Of a stretch of 64,000 bases of DNA, positions 1 through 13,910 are shown one piece after another. The stretch covers positions 992,001 through 1,056,000 of the forward strand of contig MU054026.1 of the NCBI GenBank assembly GCA_013239625.1, written 5' to 3'. Both the position numbers and the translations under genes were made by a program. Below the pieces are notes generated by a model. That model saw only the letters and a list, made by a program, of their open reading frames with translations. It made no database searches and was not told the origin of the DNA. The stretch is from Lama guanicoe (taxonomy: Eukaryota). Position 1 is the first letter of the stretch. Each line of letters starts with the position of its first letter.

Positions 1-844
1 ATGACAAAAACATCCACATTTAAATAAACTTAAGTACACATAATTTGAATTTAAAAATTGGCTTAAAAGGAAAAAAGAGAATTTAGTATTTTCTTACTTG
101 GTGAGATAGACGAAAAGGGGGCTCTCAACTAAAAGTTTGATTAAACTGAATATTAGGTCTTCTGTGTTTAGTAGAGCTCCCTCCTAAAACTGCTTTTGTC
201 TTATTTTGTAAATACCTGAAAGAATGGTAAGATATGCAGTTTGTTTGTATAAATCATCACTGTATGAAAATTCACCAAAGACTGGACTCAATAAATAATT
301 GTGAACAACTCTAGCAATAACCAAAGTATAATTCTATTGCTCTATTCAGACTAATTCTTTACCAGAACCAGTTACTACATTTAAAATTATATTGATACTA
401 ACAGAAATGCTATCCTCCCAAGGTTTATATGAAAGATCTGGCTTTCGCAAGCTTTATAGCAATCTCATTACAATAAGAAAAAAACCCTTTGTTTAGAATG
501 TGTTTACTTTGGGGAAATTTACATTAGATTTGACTTTGTTTTTAAGGATGCTACAATACTCTTGAGATAGAACAGGCAAAACAAAAAGTTAAAGTCATAT
601 ATACTTATTGTATTATGTGATTAGTGACAGTAAAATATTAAACTCAATTAAAATGCTTTGATTATACTATGTTTTGAAAATAATCCAATTTGACTCATAA
701 CATTTTAGTTCTGCAAGAAATTTAGAGAAAATCTGAATGAAATTATTTATTGAAATGATAAAAATAGGAACAAGATGAAAAGACTTGACCAAAATTACTT
801 TAAATCAAATGTCCTACACACTTGTTTTATTCTCCATCACACAC

Positions 845-1363
845 TGTAGAGCGGTAGAATGTGCCACCCTAAAAATGTGTATATCTGGCATATTCATAGT
901 TTTAAACTGGTTATTTCCTGAGAAACAGCAGACTTGGGAAAGGCTCCAAAGACCAATTGGGAACTGCCCTTCTGTAAGAAACACATTTACAAGGGTGACT
1001 CCCTCTCTGTACCTGGAAAAAGAAGACAAATTTCTAAACATTCTTACCAATAAAGAAGCAACGACTTAAACCTCTTAAATCTGCATTACAATCACTTTTA
1101 TTTCTTGTGCTTTTTTCGTGCTGACCTCCCATAACCGACTCTCCTGACCCTCAACATCCTTTCTTGCCTTTAGCTAAGGATGGTATTTAAGGTAAGGGCT
1201 TTGGCTATTTTGGTGAGTTACTTAGTTTTCCTAGAGTTCTCTGATGCATACATGTTATTAAACTTGGTTTGATTTTCTCCTGTTAATTTGTCTAATGTCA
1301 ATTTAATTTTCAGACCAGCCAGAAGAACTAGAAAGACAGAGGAAAATTTCTTTCTCTCCAACA
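845..1363 (+). mobile_element. ERV1 solo LTR, MER34/MER39-like
   Basis: Begins TGTAGA and ends ...TTTCTCTCCAACA. ATTAAA poly(A) signal at ~1257. The 3' part is clearly homologous to 9860-10070 in this window. Confidence 0.75.
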
Positions 1364-2385
1364 CACTAAGCTGCCGAATCCTGTCATGTGGACTTTCAGC
1401 AAACAAGGCTTCATTCTGAGCCATGAATCTAGAAAACTTCAAATGACTCTCAATTTATGTACTTAATTGTTGAGACAATTCTAAATCAAATCCTGTAGCT
1501 CTCACCCACTGGATAAATGTTCAGCCTTTCCCATCTCACCTTTACGACTTTACAACTGAGTAGACCAACCCTGAGAAAGGTTTTGCATGAATCTGTGTGT
1601 AATTGAATATCTATACAAAGAAAGAGACAGAAAATTAAATAATTGTAGGGTAACATTTAAGGAGTTTGGGGATCATAGTAATAAATAATGTGATTTATTG
1701 TTGTGAGTTTTTACAAACACTCCTGTCAAAATTACCTACAGAAAAGAAATCACTGATTGCATTTATAGCATAACTTTTCTAGACCACTTGCAAACAAAGG
1801 CAGGCTTATTAGTGGCTCATTACTTAGCTGGATAATTGCTGTTCATATCAGCAACACAAATCACAGGGAAAACTTATTAAAATAACTTATCATTTATTTT
1901 CCTGATGAACTTCATTATACAGTATCTCTAATTAATCCCAATTAATGTGATCAGTACCATAAAAATTCAAGATGAAAGAGAACCATTAGGTCATCTGCGT
2001 TCAGCTGCCTTGAAATAGAAAGGCTATTCTCTGCAAGGATCAGTCCATTAATATTAAGTGAGGAATCTCACTGACTGTACTATAAATAATGACTTTCCTT
2101 TTAAAAGGCCTACCTATGACATTAAATCTCTATATTCCTGAGAAAAATTCTTTGAATTTCTTTAAGAGAGAAACAGGAGCTATGTTACAGAGCAACTGCT
2201 CCATGTGAAACTTTCAATGCCTTTTCACTGACTTCAGTAGGAAGCCCCACACCTTAAGGTATGAAATCTGAATGACTCCTTTTGCATGGCCTTTGGACAT
2301 TGTGACCCCAGTTTCAGCTTTGTAGTATTGCCTGCTTTCTTAATTTGAATCCTAAGCTTCAGACAAACCTTTCCAGTTATTATCT

Positions 2386-2986
2386 TGTTACCAAAACAGA
2401 ACTTGGGTCATTTGCCCACAAAGCCCACTTACTAATCTCGGGTTGTGGTGAAGGAAAGCAGAGCGTTTATTGCAGGGACCATCAAGAAGTATGAGTAGCT
2501 CGTGCTCAAAAGACCCAAACTCCCCAACAGCTTTCAGGGAAGGGTGGTTAAAGGTTGGAGGGGCATGCCTTTCTTCTGTCTGGCTGGGGAGGAGGTACTG
2601 TAGTGAGGTTGCAGGAATCTTAACCATCAGCTCTCTTGTTTTAATCAGTCTGGGGTCTACATGCTTGTGGTTAGCATGTAGTCACCATCCTCCACCCAGA
2701 CAAGGTCTTACAGTTTCTGCAGAACGCCTCAGAGATGCCCATCAGCCTGTTAAGAATATCCCTTGAGGAGGCATAGGACTCTGTTTTAACACTGGACTGT
2801 TTTTTCTTGACGGCTTTTCCTTTGTTTCTGCATTCCCTCACTTTTCACATTAGAAACTGCTTGAATCTGCTCTTTGGAACTCTGGTAAGGTCTAGGAGAC
2901 TAAAGCCTTTTTCTACAAACAAGAAACAGGAGAGAAAGGGTGGCTTTTATACCCAGGAGGGCCCTGCAGGATCTGGCTGGATCTCA
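2386..2986 (-). mobile_element. ERV1-type solo LTR
   Basis: TGTTACC...TCTCA termini. Near-perfect 4-bp TSD ATCT/GTCT. TTTATT (reverse-strand AATAAA) at ~2466. Confidence 0.75.
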
Positions 2987-4059
2987 GTCTCCCCCAAGAG
3001 GGTTTACAGTTTTCTCTGGCTTTTCTTTGGTTCCTGCCATCTTCTCAGTTTGGAATGTCAGATTCATTCCCTTCAGTTTCATGAATGTGCTGACAATTTC
3101 AGACTTTGGCTAAAAAGTTAAAGTAGAAGGCCTCAAAAACCTCTTACAATTCTCAGGTATTATTTTATTTTTTATCAATCTCTGGGATGTCATCTGTCAT
3201 TTAGCTACAGACCAAACAGAAGATCTAGAAAGAGGTGATAAGCCATGCAAACTTAAATGTTGCCCATGAGTCTAGAGCAGCACCAGCATTATCTATGGTT
3301 TCCCACTGACTATTAAATAATACGATCATATCACCAACAACATTTTTGAAAGTTCATAAGCTGTTTACATTAAAGGCATATTTGTACATGCAAGAACTTA
3401 TATGTAGGAATTATTAAGCCAGAAAACAAAGGTTAAAGGATCCTACAAATTCCAGAGACCAGAAAAGACAAGGGGTTATTGATCCAAGAATGTCACGCAC
3501 GCTGTGAAGATCTAACAGAAGTTCAAAAAGTTATATACAATCAAATGGGTTGAAATATGTGTTTAACCTCCTCAATAATAGAATATGAAATTTTTTTTCT
3601 TTTGTAAAAGAGATACATTTAAAAGTAGGTAAAACTATAAATAACAAATAGATTAAAAAATATAATCTAAAAGTGTGCAAACTGCCATGCTTTAGCTGAA
3701 CAATGTAACTAGAATTGAATGATTCATTTGAAACACATGGCAAGGTGCTAGGATATTGGATATATAATCAATGAATAAAAGGTATAAAATATCAAAAGAA
3801 CGTGTATACATATACAGTGATGAGAAAAAATGTCGACAAATGTTAGAAAAATTTAGTTATCCAAGGAATGCAAAGACCCAGGTTTTATGTCAAACAAGCA
3901 TAAGGTAAAGAAATATGAGCTCCTTGTATATAAATAATGAACATTCTACATGAATATGGAAGTCTTGGGCCTGAAAATACATAAAGAAGATATTCTCAAG
4001 CAGGAGAAAACTCCAGAAACTTAGAAGTATACATTTAGTGTGATAGGGGCAAGTTAGGT

Positions 4060-4418
4060 CTCTCGGTATGAATGTTCACCAACTATTTCCATCTCTCTAT
4101 TTTCCAGGACATAGTGGAATTGTATACCCTGGTCACTTTTAAAGTTAGTCTTGGCCACATGATGTGCTTTGGCCAAAAAGTGTGAGTAGAAACTTTAAGT
4201 ACAAGTTTTCATATTCCCATTTTCCTGCCTTGAGAATAATGGACGTCCAGATAAAGAGCTTCTTTTGGTTTGAATCCCTTAGTGAGTACAATATAAAGCA
4301 GAACTTTTTGCCAACCCAAGACTGACAGGAGTGTGAGCAAGAAATAAAGTTTCATCAGTTGGAAGTCATCGAAATTAGGGAAACATTTTCAGCATACACT
4401 ACCTCATCTGAATGATAT
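4060..4418 (+). mobile_element. MaLR LTR remnant (MLT1-like)
   Basis: Motifs GGCCACATGATGTGCTTTGGCCAA and GTGTGAGCAAGAAATAAAG resemble MLT1 LTRs. Confidence 0.6.
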
Positions 4419-5195
4419 ATATTTGGCCTGGGAAATTGTCAGAGTGCATCTGTTCTTTACTAAACCTGTTACATGATAACATTGCCAAGTATTTGACTGT
4501 GATGGTTTTTGCATAAGAACGTTACTTTCTCACAGATATGATGCATTCCTTCCTTACTTTGTATATCTAGAATCTAGCACAATAACTGATGCTTTAGCAA
4601 TATTTCCAATGCATTTTTGTGGAAGGAGGGAGAGAGGAAGAGAAATGAAGAAGCAAACAAAGAAAGGATTAACAAGTCTCTTGGGCTTTTCATGCTTGAA
4701 TGCATATCTGATGGACTGATCTATTCCAGGCAGTTAATGGCTTATATTTCTCTCTCCCAGAGATGAATCTATTCCAAAAACAAAATCCTTCAAATAACGG
4801 TAATGCTATAATCACGTGGGGACTATTTCTCAAAAAGTTAGTCTATAAACCTTTTAATCTGCTCACAAGTTAGACTACAAACTTTAAATTTTCAGTTTCC
4901 AGTAGATATCCATTAGTGTACTAAATAATATTCTGTGTTATCTGAATGGCTACCTCAGTGAATATTAGATCCTGGAGTTAAGTTCATGTTACAATCTAAT
5001 TCAGTTGACTTTAAAGCTAAGTGACCTAATGGCAAGTTGTATAAGAGAAGGTATGAAGGAAAATAATGAACAACTCTTGTTTCGCATATACAAATGCCCA
5101 AGAATGCAATGGATTAGTTAAGTAGTAAGAGTAAATAAGCTTTTACTAAAGATATTTTTATATACTTAGTATTTTGTTTTGGAGGAGCTTATTTT

Positions 5196-5905
5196 TTTAA
5201 CAATTTTATTGAGTTATAGTCAGCTTAAAATGTGTGTCAAATTCCAGTGTAGAGCACAATTTTTCAGTTATACATAAACATACATATATTCATTGTCACA
5301 TTTTTTTTTCACTGTGAGCTACCACCAGATCTTGTATATATTTCCCTGTGCCATACAGTATAATCTTGTTTATCTGTTCTGCATATGCCTGTCAGTATCT
5401 ACAAGTTTTGAAATCCCAGTGTATCCCCTTCCCACCCCCCACCCCCTTGGCAACCACAAGTTTGTATTCTATGTCTATGAGTCTGTTTCTGTTTTGTATT
5501 TATGTTCTTTTTTTTTTTTTTTATTTTTCTGGCTTACTTCACTTAGAATGACATTCTTCAGGGACATCCATGTTGCTGCAAATGGTGTTATGTTGTCATT
5601 TTTATGGCTGAATGGTATTCCATTGCATAAATATACCACATCTTCTTTATCCAGTCATCTCTTGATGGACATTTAGGCTGTTTCCATGTCTTGGCTATTG
5701 TAAATAGTGCTGCTATGAACATTGGGGTGCAGGTGTCTTTTTGAAGTAGGGTTCCTTCTGGATATATGCCTAGGGGCAGGATTGCTGGGTCATATGGTAA
5801 CTCTATTTTTAGCCTTTTGAGGACTCTCCATACTGTTTTCCACAGTGGCTGCAGCAAACTGCATTCCCACCATCAGTGTAGGAGGGTTCCCTTTTCACCA
5901 CAGCC
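5196..5905 (-). mobile_element. 5'-truncated LINE-1 (ORF2 C-terminus plus 3'UTR)
   Basis: The minus-strand ORF 5588-5857 ([24 protein letters not shown]...CTPMFIAALFTIAKTWKQPKCPS) is the L1 ORF2p C-terminus. 17-bp TSD TTGGAGGAGCTTATTTT (5179-5195) / TTGAAGGAGCTTATTTT (5906-5922). Confidence 0.95.
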
Positions 5906-6020
5906 TTGAAGGAGCTTATTTTAAGTAGGTACCTAATCTGCATTGCCATTGAACTCCCAGAGGGTGATATGCTGCTGGTCTGTTGTCAATGCTTCATATA
6001 ACAATCATTTAGATTTAGAG

Positions 6021-6057
6021 GTGTGTGTGTGGGTGTGTGTGTTTGTGTGTGTGTGTG
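6021..6057. repeat. imperfect (GT)n microsatellite
   Basis: Seen directly. Confidence 0.9.
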
Positions 6058-6884
6058 GTATCTCAGACTACAATACAGCTCTGAAGTGAAAAAGAGAAAG
6101 CTAGATTGAACTTCCTATTCAAACTTGGCCAAGCTGAGATCACTGCCTATATACACCCTGAATAAACCCCCCGATTATCTCAGAGCATGGCATGCACGGC
6201 ATTCCTAAACTCATCCAGGCAGTGGGAGAGCTGGAGGAAGAGAAAATGTGTTTGTCACATCAGCTTTTTACATAGGTCTGAATTCACTTGGCAGGTGAAA
6301 CTTTCAGTTGAAGCTAAATTAATAATTTGATCACTGTGTTCTCAGAGTTTATTCTTTTTTAAAACTTTTCATTTACTTAAGTGGTTTCACAGAGTGAAAG
6401 ATAATGGATTAGATTTGCAGTTTTGTTGACATAAGGAAAAGAAAATCCATCTTGTGACCAGTTTGATCTATAATAATTAGTTTCATAATTATTAGCCAAC
6501 AATGTCTTTGAATAATTAATTGGATAATGTTCATGCAGATTTGAAATTACTTCCATCAAAAGGTTAACATTTATAAGTCCTAATTATGACATATAATGGA
6601 GTTTAAAATAACATAACTTCTGAAGGCAATTGCAATATAATGGAAGCAAAACTGGATTGAAATTGTTTCTGTCTGCATTATTTGTCTGCATTTTTTTTAA
6701 TGAGCATAACTTATTTTTAAATGAAGATCTAGAGATTGGCCTTAATCCATAGAAAGAGAAAGGACTTTGGAACCATTGAAATATTGAAATTTTGGCTTGA
6801 GATTTCTGTTGGCCATATAATAACTGTGTGACGAGACAAGCCAGAATGTCTGAAAATCAATTTCTTCATAGATATAATAGGTGA

Positions 6885-6990
6885 TAATAATAATATCTAC
6901 CCTTAAGGATTGTTGTGAGAATAAGCTATAATATTTATAAAGTATCTTGCAGACTGTGCGCACAAAGCAAGCATGCAGTAAGTAGTCGTT
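6885..6990 (+). mobile_element. MIR SINE remnant
   Basis: ATAATATCTACCCTTAAGGATTGTTGTGAGAATAAG resembles the MIR core. Confidence 0.55.
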
Positions 6991-9097
6991 TATAACAAAT
7001 AAGCATTATCATGGTTAGGATGGAAAATTTTATATCATTTTCTGTGCTGCATTTTTATTAAATAATGTATAACATAAATAATTTATTTAAATATAAAATT
7101 TGTATTTATACTAGAGTACATATTATTAAAGTAATATGTTAGTCATGTTTTGATATTTTATGAGTTTTTTTTATTAAAAGCAGTAATCATTAATGAAACA
7201 TTTGCTTAATATGCTCAATGGTTAAGATAAAAGGAGACGTTATATATAAAAGTTTTTTATAGTATCTCTGTTAAAATGAGATACTATATATAAAAAAGTA
7301 TGATATAAATATAAGTTAACTTTTCAACCAAAATGAATGGGCTACACATTAAAAGATATACACTGTCAAGATACTGATGCTCAGAATGGAATAAACTAGG
7401 CAACTTTACACATAAAGAATCCTATAATTCCACTTCTGCTTTTTTTTTTTTTGAGAAACATTTTAAATGTACAAAATGTGTCATTTTCCCTGAGAAATTT
7501 GAGGACAGGATTCACACATAAAACAGACTCTTAACTGTTAGGCTGTATGGTGCCATTTATATACGTAAATATTTAGAAAAGACTGAACTCTTTGGATAAC
7601 ACAGTCATTAAATAAGTTTTTGTAGTGGTCTTGGTATCTAATTTCTGATTTTGCACTTCATGTTGAAATTGGAAATGTTGCTCCAAGCAGTAATAGATCA
7701 TGTTCACTTACCTGAGGATGTCAAGAAACACAGACAGTGCAATGAACAATAAGTGAGGAAGACTGCAGGCACATGACTAATTGTAGTGAAAAGTAGATCT
7801 TGGGAAGATGTGGTCAATATAGCTCAGTAGGCAGGATGGGGCAGATTTTGGAGCATCCTTTCCAATACACAAAAGCATTTAGGAACAATATGATAAGCAA
7901 AACAATGATGCAATAAAGACAGTGTGTTAAATCAACAGTTGGGTTGTTGGATGTAGGAAGAATTGGAACAGAGAAAAGGTTCAAGTCAAAAAAGATTTAG
8001 CAGTCACCAAAAGCCTCATAAATATTGAGTCTTTAAAATATGTTCCCACTTCTCATTTCTATTTTAAGTGTTAAATGTGATGAAAATAGTGTATAGAATT
8101 GAGAACAGGACAAAGAACTACATTACTACTATACAGATGCTTAGATGGGAAATATCATTTGTTCAAAAGAAAAAAAAAAACAAATTACAAATGAAGACAG
8201 AAGTGATAAGAATCTCAGTTTGTGATCAAAAGTGAGATATTCTTACCCAAAACAGACATTTCCCTTTTTGCATTATAGGATAAGATGGCATAGCTGAAGA
8301 GAATGATGGGAGGTACGAAATTTGTATTCACCAATTGCAAAAACAATGTCAATGCTACAGTCACTGAATTTGTATTCTAAAAATTGATGCAGAACTTCTT
8401 AGTTCCAGTTCATTAAAATCACCTGAGATTTGGAATACCATATAAACAATACGTCAAACATAGGAAACATTGCAATTCATAAACTGTTTATTTCCAAGAA
8501 TATTATGTTAAATGCTTAGTATTTTATGTATTGTTCTGTTTTTTTCTTCTTCTTCTAAATTAAGCCTGTCTTTATGAGGAAGAACAGAGGGCTTTTATTA
8601 TATGCTTCTATATTTAAATAAGACACATCTTTATACATAACACATTGCACTCTACAAATAAATTAATTCACTCTGTTTTTTTCATCCCTAGGTCTTAAAA
8701 GATGGAATTCCTATTTCATATTACACAGGAAAACATTGACTTAACTAACATGTACAACGGACATGCCTAAATTTGTTGCCCAGTTCCATCTATCTGTTTA
8801 ATTTATTCACGTCAACAGAGAACTCAGAAAAAAAATCAACAAAAAACAAAAAACAATATGTGCAAAAACTAATCAAACATACACAAACACACACATAAAC
8901 ACACAAACACAAAGCTCAAATGATTATTTGAGTCACTATATCTTTCACCAAATTATTTAAACAGTTTAATGAAATTGTATGTTTCCTTTGTGATTCCAAC
9001 ATGAGTATTCAATTACATTTTAATTTTACCACTGGCATTCAGCTTTAGCTCAACTTTGATCAACAAATACTCATTTATTCACTTTAAGTGGCAGGCA

Positions 9098-10071
9098 TGT
9101 AAGGGAGTAAAATTTGCTATCACAAAATGTGTCTCTGGTATGAGGACTAATATAGGCTGATTATTTTAAGAAACAGAAGACTCTAGACGTCTTTTCTTTT
9201 GCTTCTCCTTAAGCTGCCTAAGGAATTTACATAAAGGGCCTATTCCTCACATAGATATATCACCAGATATGTTGTTGCCAAAAAAAACAGCTTCTGTACC
9301 CCAATAGTTGAATTGAGACTCGAAGGCTGAGTTTTGGGAGAATTAGAAAGGAACAGCTTTACTGCTTTGCCAGGCAAAGGGGAGTCACAATAGGCTAATG
9401 CCTTAGAGCTGGTGAATCCATATTGGGATAGCTTTATTGGAAAACTGGATGGAACAGAAAGGTGACAATAATCAGGGCATTTTCTGGTGTGCTGTATTCT
9501 TAATCTTGATGAATCCACCTGTCTTCATGGAAAAACTCTGTTTTCAGAGTTCATTCTTCTGAGGCAATCAGCCCATGACTGCCTTCCCGGAATAGAGCTT
9601 CTGGGTTGAAGGATAAGCTATTCTGGGTAAAAAATGTCTAGGGAGTGGAGAGGGTAATGGAAAGCTTAGGGGCTGTTTAGCGCACAAGCAGTTGAGCAAG
9701 TGAACAGAGATGGGGGTTTGTCAGAGAAAAGAGAAAAACAAGTTGCAAAAACGTTAAGTCAGAATGAATCAGCAAACAGCTTTAGCATCAGGGAAGCCAT
9801 TTTGTTTTTTCATCTCCATGTGAATTTTCTTGCCCACTTGAGGTTCCAAAACCCTTCCCCCAACATCTTTTGTCTTTAGCTGAAGATGGTATTGAAAGTG
9901 AGAACTTCAGCCATTTTGGTAAATTACTCAGTTTTTCTGGGTCTTTCTTATGTATACATGTTATTAAACTTTTGTTTGATTTTCTCCTATCAATCTATAT
10001 CATGTCAATTTAATTCTCAGAATAGCCAGAAGAACCTACAAGTGTGAAGAAAAATTTTCTTCTCCCCAACG
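9098..10071 (+). mobile_element. ERV1 solo LTR, MER34-like, interrupted by a second LTR
   Basis: TGTAAGGGAG start and ...CTCCCCAACG end. Flanks GGCA/GACA. Homologous to 845-1363. Confidence 0.75.
9273..9778 (-). mobile_element. nested ERV1-type LTR (antisense)
   Basis: Starts TGTTGCC and contains CAGCTTTACTGCTTTGCCAGGCAAAGGGG, typical of reversed ERV1 U5/R. The host LTR resumes at ~9780. Right end approximate. Confidence 0.6.
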
Positions 10072-10315
10072 GACAATATACTCTAAGTTAGAGGTTTTAT
10101 GATGAATATCATTAGGAATCTGACCTTGAACAGGAATTAAATGTCTATCATAGGAAACAGAGACAAGGCAGTTTAACATCAGGGCAAATTCTGAAGATTC
10201 CTACCAAAAAACTACATGATGTGGCATCAATTTATTTATTCACTTATTTTCATTCAAGAAAAAGAAGGGACATAAATTCATTCAAGAGTGAAGAGTGCAG
10301 GAGTAAGAGAAACTT

Positions 10316-10820
10316 TGTTAGTGCTAACTAAAATTGTCACTCGCCATCTGCCTCTACAAGGACTGGATCATGTTGCCAACTGCCAACTAACTCTGCTTGG
10401 ATTCAACTGTGAGCCACTGCAGCCTCTGACCTCTGACACACCCTGAAAGGACTTCAGGATGGAGGTCAGGAATGAGGTGCTCTGTGCTCTGGAAACACTG
10501 GTGGAACAGGCCTTCAGATAGATGTTTCCATGAGATTTTATGAGCCTAAATTCTTGTGTCTCCTCCAATCTAGAAAAACACTAAATTCATCAGTGGTGAC
10601 AACTGCTTTCCCTGATGAGGAGCTAGCCTCTGCCTATGTGTGTGCTTGACTGCACACACAACCCCCTCTTCACTGAAACCACATGTAACACCCTGCTCTC
10701 CCCTGCCTCCTCAGAACAGCTTCTAACAGCTCTCTGGGGTGCTGTCTCCCAGGCTGTAGTCCTCATTTTGCCCCAAATAAAATTTAACTTTCACATTGTG
10801 TGATTTTGTTTCAGTCAACA
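10316..10820 (+). mobile_element. ERV1-type solo LTR
   Basis: AATAAA at ~10776 and end ...TTCAGTCAACA. Shares architecture with 48716-49216. Start approximate. Confidence 0.7.
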
Positions 10821-11899
10821 TTAGAATTTGATAAACTTTAGCTTCTTGAAGGACAAATAGGAGTTTTCCGTGTGGGCACCTGTGTGGTGTTGCAGGAAGC
10901 AGGAGCAGCATAAGCAAAGAGGCCAAAGAATGGGTAAGCTGGCTCTGCTTAAAGAATTCAGCGCTACGCAGTATGACCTGACTGCGAAGTGCAAGTTGAG
11001 AAACAGTGGAGGATCACACAAATGTGATTCATGAAAACATCATCAAGAGTTTTGTAGACGTTACCAAGGAGCTAGAGAGTTCTAGAAAACTTCATGCAAC
11101 AGAACGTCATGATTAACATACCTATTTCAAACATCACAAGTGGCAATATGGTGGTTAAGTGGGAAAAGGATACTAATGAGGAATAGACATTTACTAGCAA
11201 GTTACAGTCCACCTCGACTATGTAGTTTTCACTAAGCACAGCATATGCAGGGCCCTCCATTGATATTTTATTCATTTATCCTTCACTTTCTCCCAGGGTT
11301 GATATACAGTCAAATTACAACTGAGCTATCCTAATTCCATACCAGGTGGCAGAAAACCACTACCTTGAGCCCCACAAGAGCCCTCTACTTGGTATTCCAT
11401 TCACATTGGTCCATCCTTGGACACCCCACCAAGATCTTTTCAGGATATTCAGCTCTCACCTGCTCTAAGTCCAGGGCCAGCAACCTTTCTGGTGGGGGGG
11501 GAGGGGAGCAAAACAATACAGATTGTCAAATATTTTAAATATCAACCCTGCTAACCATCTACTTCTCATTTTACATGCCTCCCTCTTCTTTTTGACTCTT
11601 AGCTCTCTTCTTGGTTTATCACATAGATCTCTTCTTTTGGACTTGGAATTGGCAGTGTGTCTCTCTGAATACTGACTTTTTAATTTGGAGCTACTTGATA
11701 CATTCTCTCTGCATTCAGATTAATTTATTAATACTGCTGACTTCTTGAGAACCACTTCCATTCCCTGGCCTTAAAAGGGCTAGATACACTCCAGACAGGT
11801 TTTACTTATAACACCCAAAAGACAGGACATTTTGAGGGCAGATAATGCAAAGATGCCCAGGGTTTCATTGATAGCACATCACAAGAAGGATGAGATATA

Positions 11900-12560
11900 G
11901 CAAACAGATTGGAGCTCTACTTAGAAGATAGACTACAATAAATTTACAAAGGACTAGCTGTAGAGGATTAGAAAGGTGACCTGGCTAGAGTATTAGCTAG
12001 ATGATTACTCTGAGGTCTTTGGGTTTTGATGATTCTGAGCTAGACAGTGTTACTATTTTTTGATATAAAGAAATCAGGAGGAAATGCTACTTTGGGAAAG
12101 AAAAGTCACTGTAAGTTTAATTTTGAAGAAAAATCAGTTTAAGGGCTTCTGCAACCTCACATAACCATGGGTTAATGACACCGATTGAGGAATTATGAGT
12201 ATGTAGGTAAGAGCTAAATCCAAAAAAGTATACAGTATTACCTAGGGGAAATACCTAGGGTCAAAGAGAAATGAATCTAGAGAACTCTCCCACTTATAGG
12301 GTTTATAGAGAAGATGGGACACTGTAGGAAAGAAGGAATGGTCAGTGAATTAGGAGGCGTATCAAAGACTCATTGTTGCAGAAACTGATGAAAGATAGAG
12401 TTTTAAGGAAAAGAGTTGTTATTACTATCAAACATTGCCTGACAAGAAAATGAAATCAGTTGACTACTAGTAGAGACATATCAAATTAAATTCAGCGCTG
12501 TGAAGAAGGTGGCAGACTAATTACAGTGAGGTGAAGGTGTAAGGAAGATGTGAGGAGAAG
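11900..12560 (-). mobile_element. LINE-2 remnant
   Basis: Purine-rich decayed sequence resembling antisense L2 (GATGATTACTCTGAGGTCTTTGG...; TTTAATTTTGAA). Confidence 0.45.
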
Positions 12561-13079
12561 GAAAGGCCACTTTGCTTCAGAAAGCTGGTTCAAGGTCAGA
12601 AGAAGAGGGTAAGCAAGAGGTCCTTGCCCTTGTCACTCTCTGCACCTGGAAATCAAAATTAATTTAAACAGTAAAAAATACATTTTGAACAGTTTAAAAT
12701 CTTGTTTCTAGCAACCAACTGTGTCCATGAGAATATATCACAATTAAAACACAAACCCTTGTTTTTAAAGACTTTTAGATTCACTCGAATTGATGTGCTA
12801 GAAGATAAACAAGGATGGATTTGTTTTAGAAAACAAATCAAAGCAAATCAGAAAGAACTATTGTCTGCTGTGCAAGTTAATTTCAGAAAAAATAATATGA
12901 ATTCTATGCGTTATAAATACTCAGGGCAATTCTGTTTGATTTACAAAGATAAAGAGAAAAAGTGGGCGGAATTATCCTCCTTTTGTTTTTCCAGCTTCAC
13001 TCTCTAGCTTTCTCCACTCTGATCTCTGCCCTAACATTCTGATTTATAGGGGCTACATTCATAGTTTTTCTTACTCTAT

Positions 13080-13420
13080 AATTTTCTGTATGTCTCAGCC
13101 AATGGGGAACTAGGGAAAAGACTGATGTGAAGAAAAGTGACACTGGATGACTTACTCCTTGGCTTCCTCCCTGAGACTTCACCTTGGCTTGTCTTGGGTC
13201 CTCTACTGAAAATCACAGAGTCTATTAAGGTGACTCTTTCTAGGTTTTGTTAACAATTCTATTTCTCTATCTTGTCAGGTTAGAATCCTAACAACTCTGG
13301 AATACTGCATTAATCCTCTACTCTCCTTTTTTTTTCTTGCCTGCACTATGCCTACTTTGTATATAGTCCTTTTATTCGTATCTGAGTTTGTCCTCTGTTT
13401 CCTGTTAAGGCCCTGAGTAA
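13080..13420 (+). mobile_element. ERVL LTR remnant (LTR33-like)
   Basis: CAGCCAATGGGGAAC start region and ...CTGTTTCCTGTTAAGGCCCTGA end resemble the LTR33/LTR16 group. Confidence 0.45.
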
Positions 13421-13656
13421 TAGACAAAGCCTCATCTAACTGGTGGGAATCAGAGTCAGACTCTGCAGTACGAAGAAAATTTGAGGAAATTAAGTAAAAT
13501 GCAGAGATTTAAAGAAGGAATGAAAATTAAAAGACTACCTCAAACAATGGCATAAAGATGGCACAAGGTAGATTTATATGAGTCTAAGTAGACGAGCTTT
13601 GGTAAAGAAGACAATTCAAGATGTGACTATGTGGGGAATAACATTGTAATTATTTC

Positions 13657-13891
13657 CTTTTTTGCATTAAATTTCTTTATTTATTTTTTATTGCGTTATA
13701 GTCAGTTTACAACGTTGTGTCAATTTCTGGTGTGCAGCACAATTTTTCAGTCATGCATGAACATGCATATATTCATTTTCATATTCTTTTTCTCCATGAG
13801 CTCCTACAAGATCTTGAATATGTTTCCCTGTGCTATGCAGTATAAACTTATTTCTCTATTCTCTATAAATCTGTCAGTATCTACAAATCTC
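13657..13891 (-). mobile_element. LINE-1 3' end fragment
   Basis: T-rich tail followed by the 3'UTR shared with other copies here. TSD TGTAATTATTTC at 13645-13656 and 13892-13903. Confidence 0.9.
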
Positions 13892-13910
13892 TGTAATTAT
13901 TTCTTTAAGG

